Positions 63,189-64,000 of a stretch of 64,000 nt of DNA are shown one piece after another. Numbering within the stretch: position 1 is the stretch's first letter; each line of letters starts with the position of its first letter. A program made the translations under genes and the position numbers. The stretch spans positions 16,909-80,908 of the forward strand of contig CAJOGK010000035.1 of the NCBI GenBank assembly GCA_905234145.1. Reading direction: 5' to 3'. This DNA is from an uncultured Prevotella sp. GTDB taxonomy: Bacteria; Bacteroidota; Bacteroidia; Bacteroidales; Bacteroidaceae. Below the pieces are notes generated by a model that was given only the letters and a program-made list of their open reading frames with translations, had not been told where the DNA came from and did not search any database.

Positions 63189-63429
63189 AGGGCGCAAGAA
63201 GTTCCGGGCCCCAATTTGCTTAAAAAAGTTTTAAAACTTACTGCCACGCTGCCACAGGCTTATGGAATCGACTTTAAAAAAAGGTATTCTGAGGTGGTGG
63301 CAGGAGTGTGGTAGATGGCAGGAAAATGGAAGGTAGGTGTATATTGTTTGTCTTTAATAGTTTTGAGCAATCGGTAGATTACGCTAAATATGCCGTTTTC
63401 TATGGCGGAAAATAATTGTTTCAATTTGT

Positions 63430-63468
63430 GAAAATACTATTTCTGTCTTCAGAAAATAGTATTTTCTA
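63430..63468. terminator. Long AT-rich hairpin downstream of the clostripain gene
   Basis: GAAAATACTATTTCTG-TCTT-CAGAAAATAGTATTTTC. Confidence 0.5.
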
Positions 63469-63528
63469 TTGCAGAAAACGATGTTTTCCGACATAGAAAA
63501 ACGCAAATTCGTAGAAAGATCAGTTTCA

Positions 63529-64000
63529 TTACCACCCATATTGCTGCCAGCGGATGACGTTGTTCCACTGGAAAAGCTGGATGGCCTGATTCCAATTGGG
63601 ATTTGTATTGCTGTAATAGTTGTTTGGGAAAAACATGCTTACATCGCCACATTCTTCTTGATCGTCACTGAAATTGTTCATATACGTCATCAGTTGTGAG
63701 GAATTGGTCATCCATTTATTGGAGTGGCGATGGTAGGGCACTGCTTGTTTGTATGCAGACAGCCACGATTCGTAATCGGAGGCTGCTGCATTCTTTTTGA
63801 GCACCTGACACATATCGTAAGAATAGCGATAGGAGCTATATATGGCGTAGAAAACTACATTGTCGAAATCGAGCGTTCCGCCCTTGCTTACTTTATCTGA
63901 AATGGTATTCAGTATGCTGGATGTGGCATTAGCCAGCGTTTCGATTTGCGATGTTACGATAGCTGTCAGAGGTACGCTGTAACCCTCTAAATCGCCTGGC
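63529..64000 (-). CDS. Clostripain-related (C11) peptidase, C-terminal part; runs off the window
   Basis: Frame open to the window edge: GYSVPLTAIVTSQIETLANAT..YDMCQ..AVPY..CGDVSMFFP..YGW; catalytic region outside the window. Confidence 0.7.
   Translation of the reverse strand, partial: PGDLEGYSVPLTAIVTSQIETLANATSSILNTISDKVSKGGTLDFDNVVFYAIYSSYRYSYDMCQVLKKNAAASDYESWLSAYKQAVPYHRHSNKWMTNSSQLMTYMNNFSDDQEECGDVSMFFPNNYYSNTNPNWNQAIQLFQWNNVIRWQQYGW

Overview
Chromosomal segment of a Prevotella/Xylanibacter-type Bacteroidales bacterium, judged from TAnnTTTG -7 promoter boxes, AT-rich translation starts without Shine-Dalgarno sequences, and gene content. It is mostly core and metabolic: SGNH esterase, RND efflux pair, GH51 arabinofuranosidase, Dcu transporter, araMPRDAB and galMPK operons, folC, grpE-dnaJ, two ABC-F ATPases, hisB, serine palmitoyltransferase with a lipid kinase, two Fe-ADH paralogs, M6 protease, rlmH, GH25 muramidase, leuACD-cimA-leuB, rho, engB, recR, nspC, ssb and gldE, plus 7 complete tRNAs and 1 truncated tRNA. 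An accessory end region holds a WYL regulator, a broken PTP-like phytase and a clostripain fragment. I found no CRISPR array, transposase, integrase or phage genes. The most notable features not explained by the ORF track are: (i) related heptamer tandem-repeat cassettes that fill gene junctions, supply stop codons and sit in frame inside three genes; (ii) an Ile/Leu leader-peptide attenuator before the leucine/citramalate operon; (iii) a WYL gene followed by a palindrome next to a promoter for a phytase-like lipoprotein that lacks its middle and is split at a UCC-UUU-CGU +1 junction; (iv) sigma-54, ECF/LytTR-type and AraR-type regulatory sites; (v) several small deletions that could be real decay or assembly errors. 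Family assignments come from reading motifs by eye, not from database searches.
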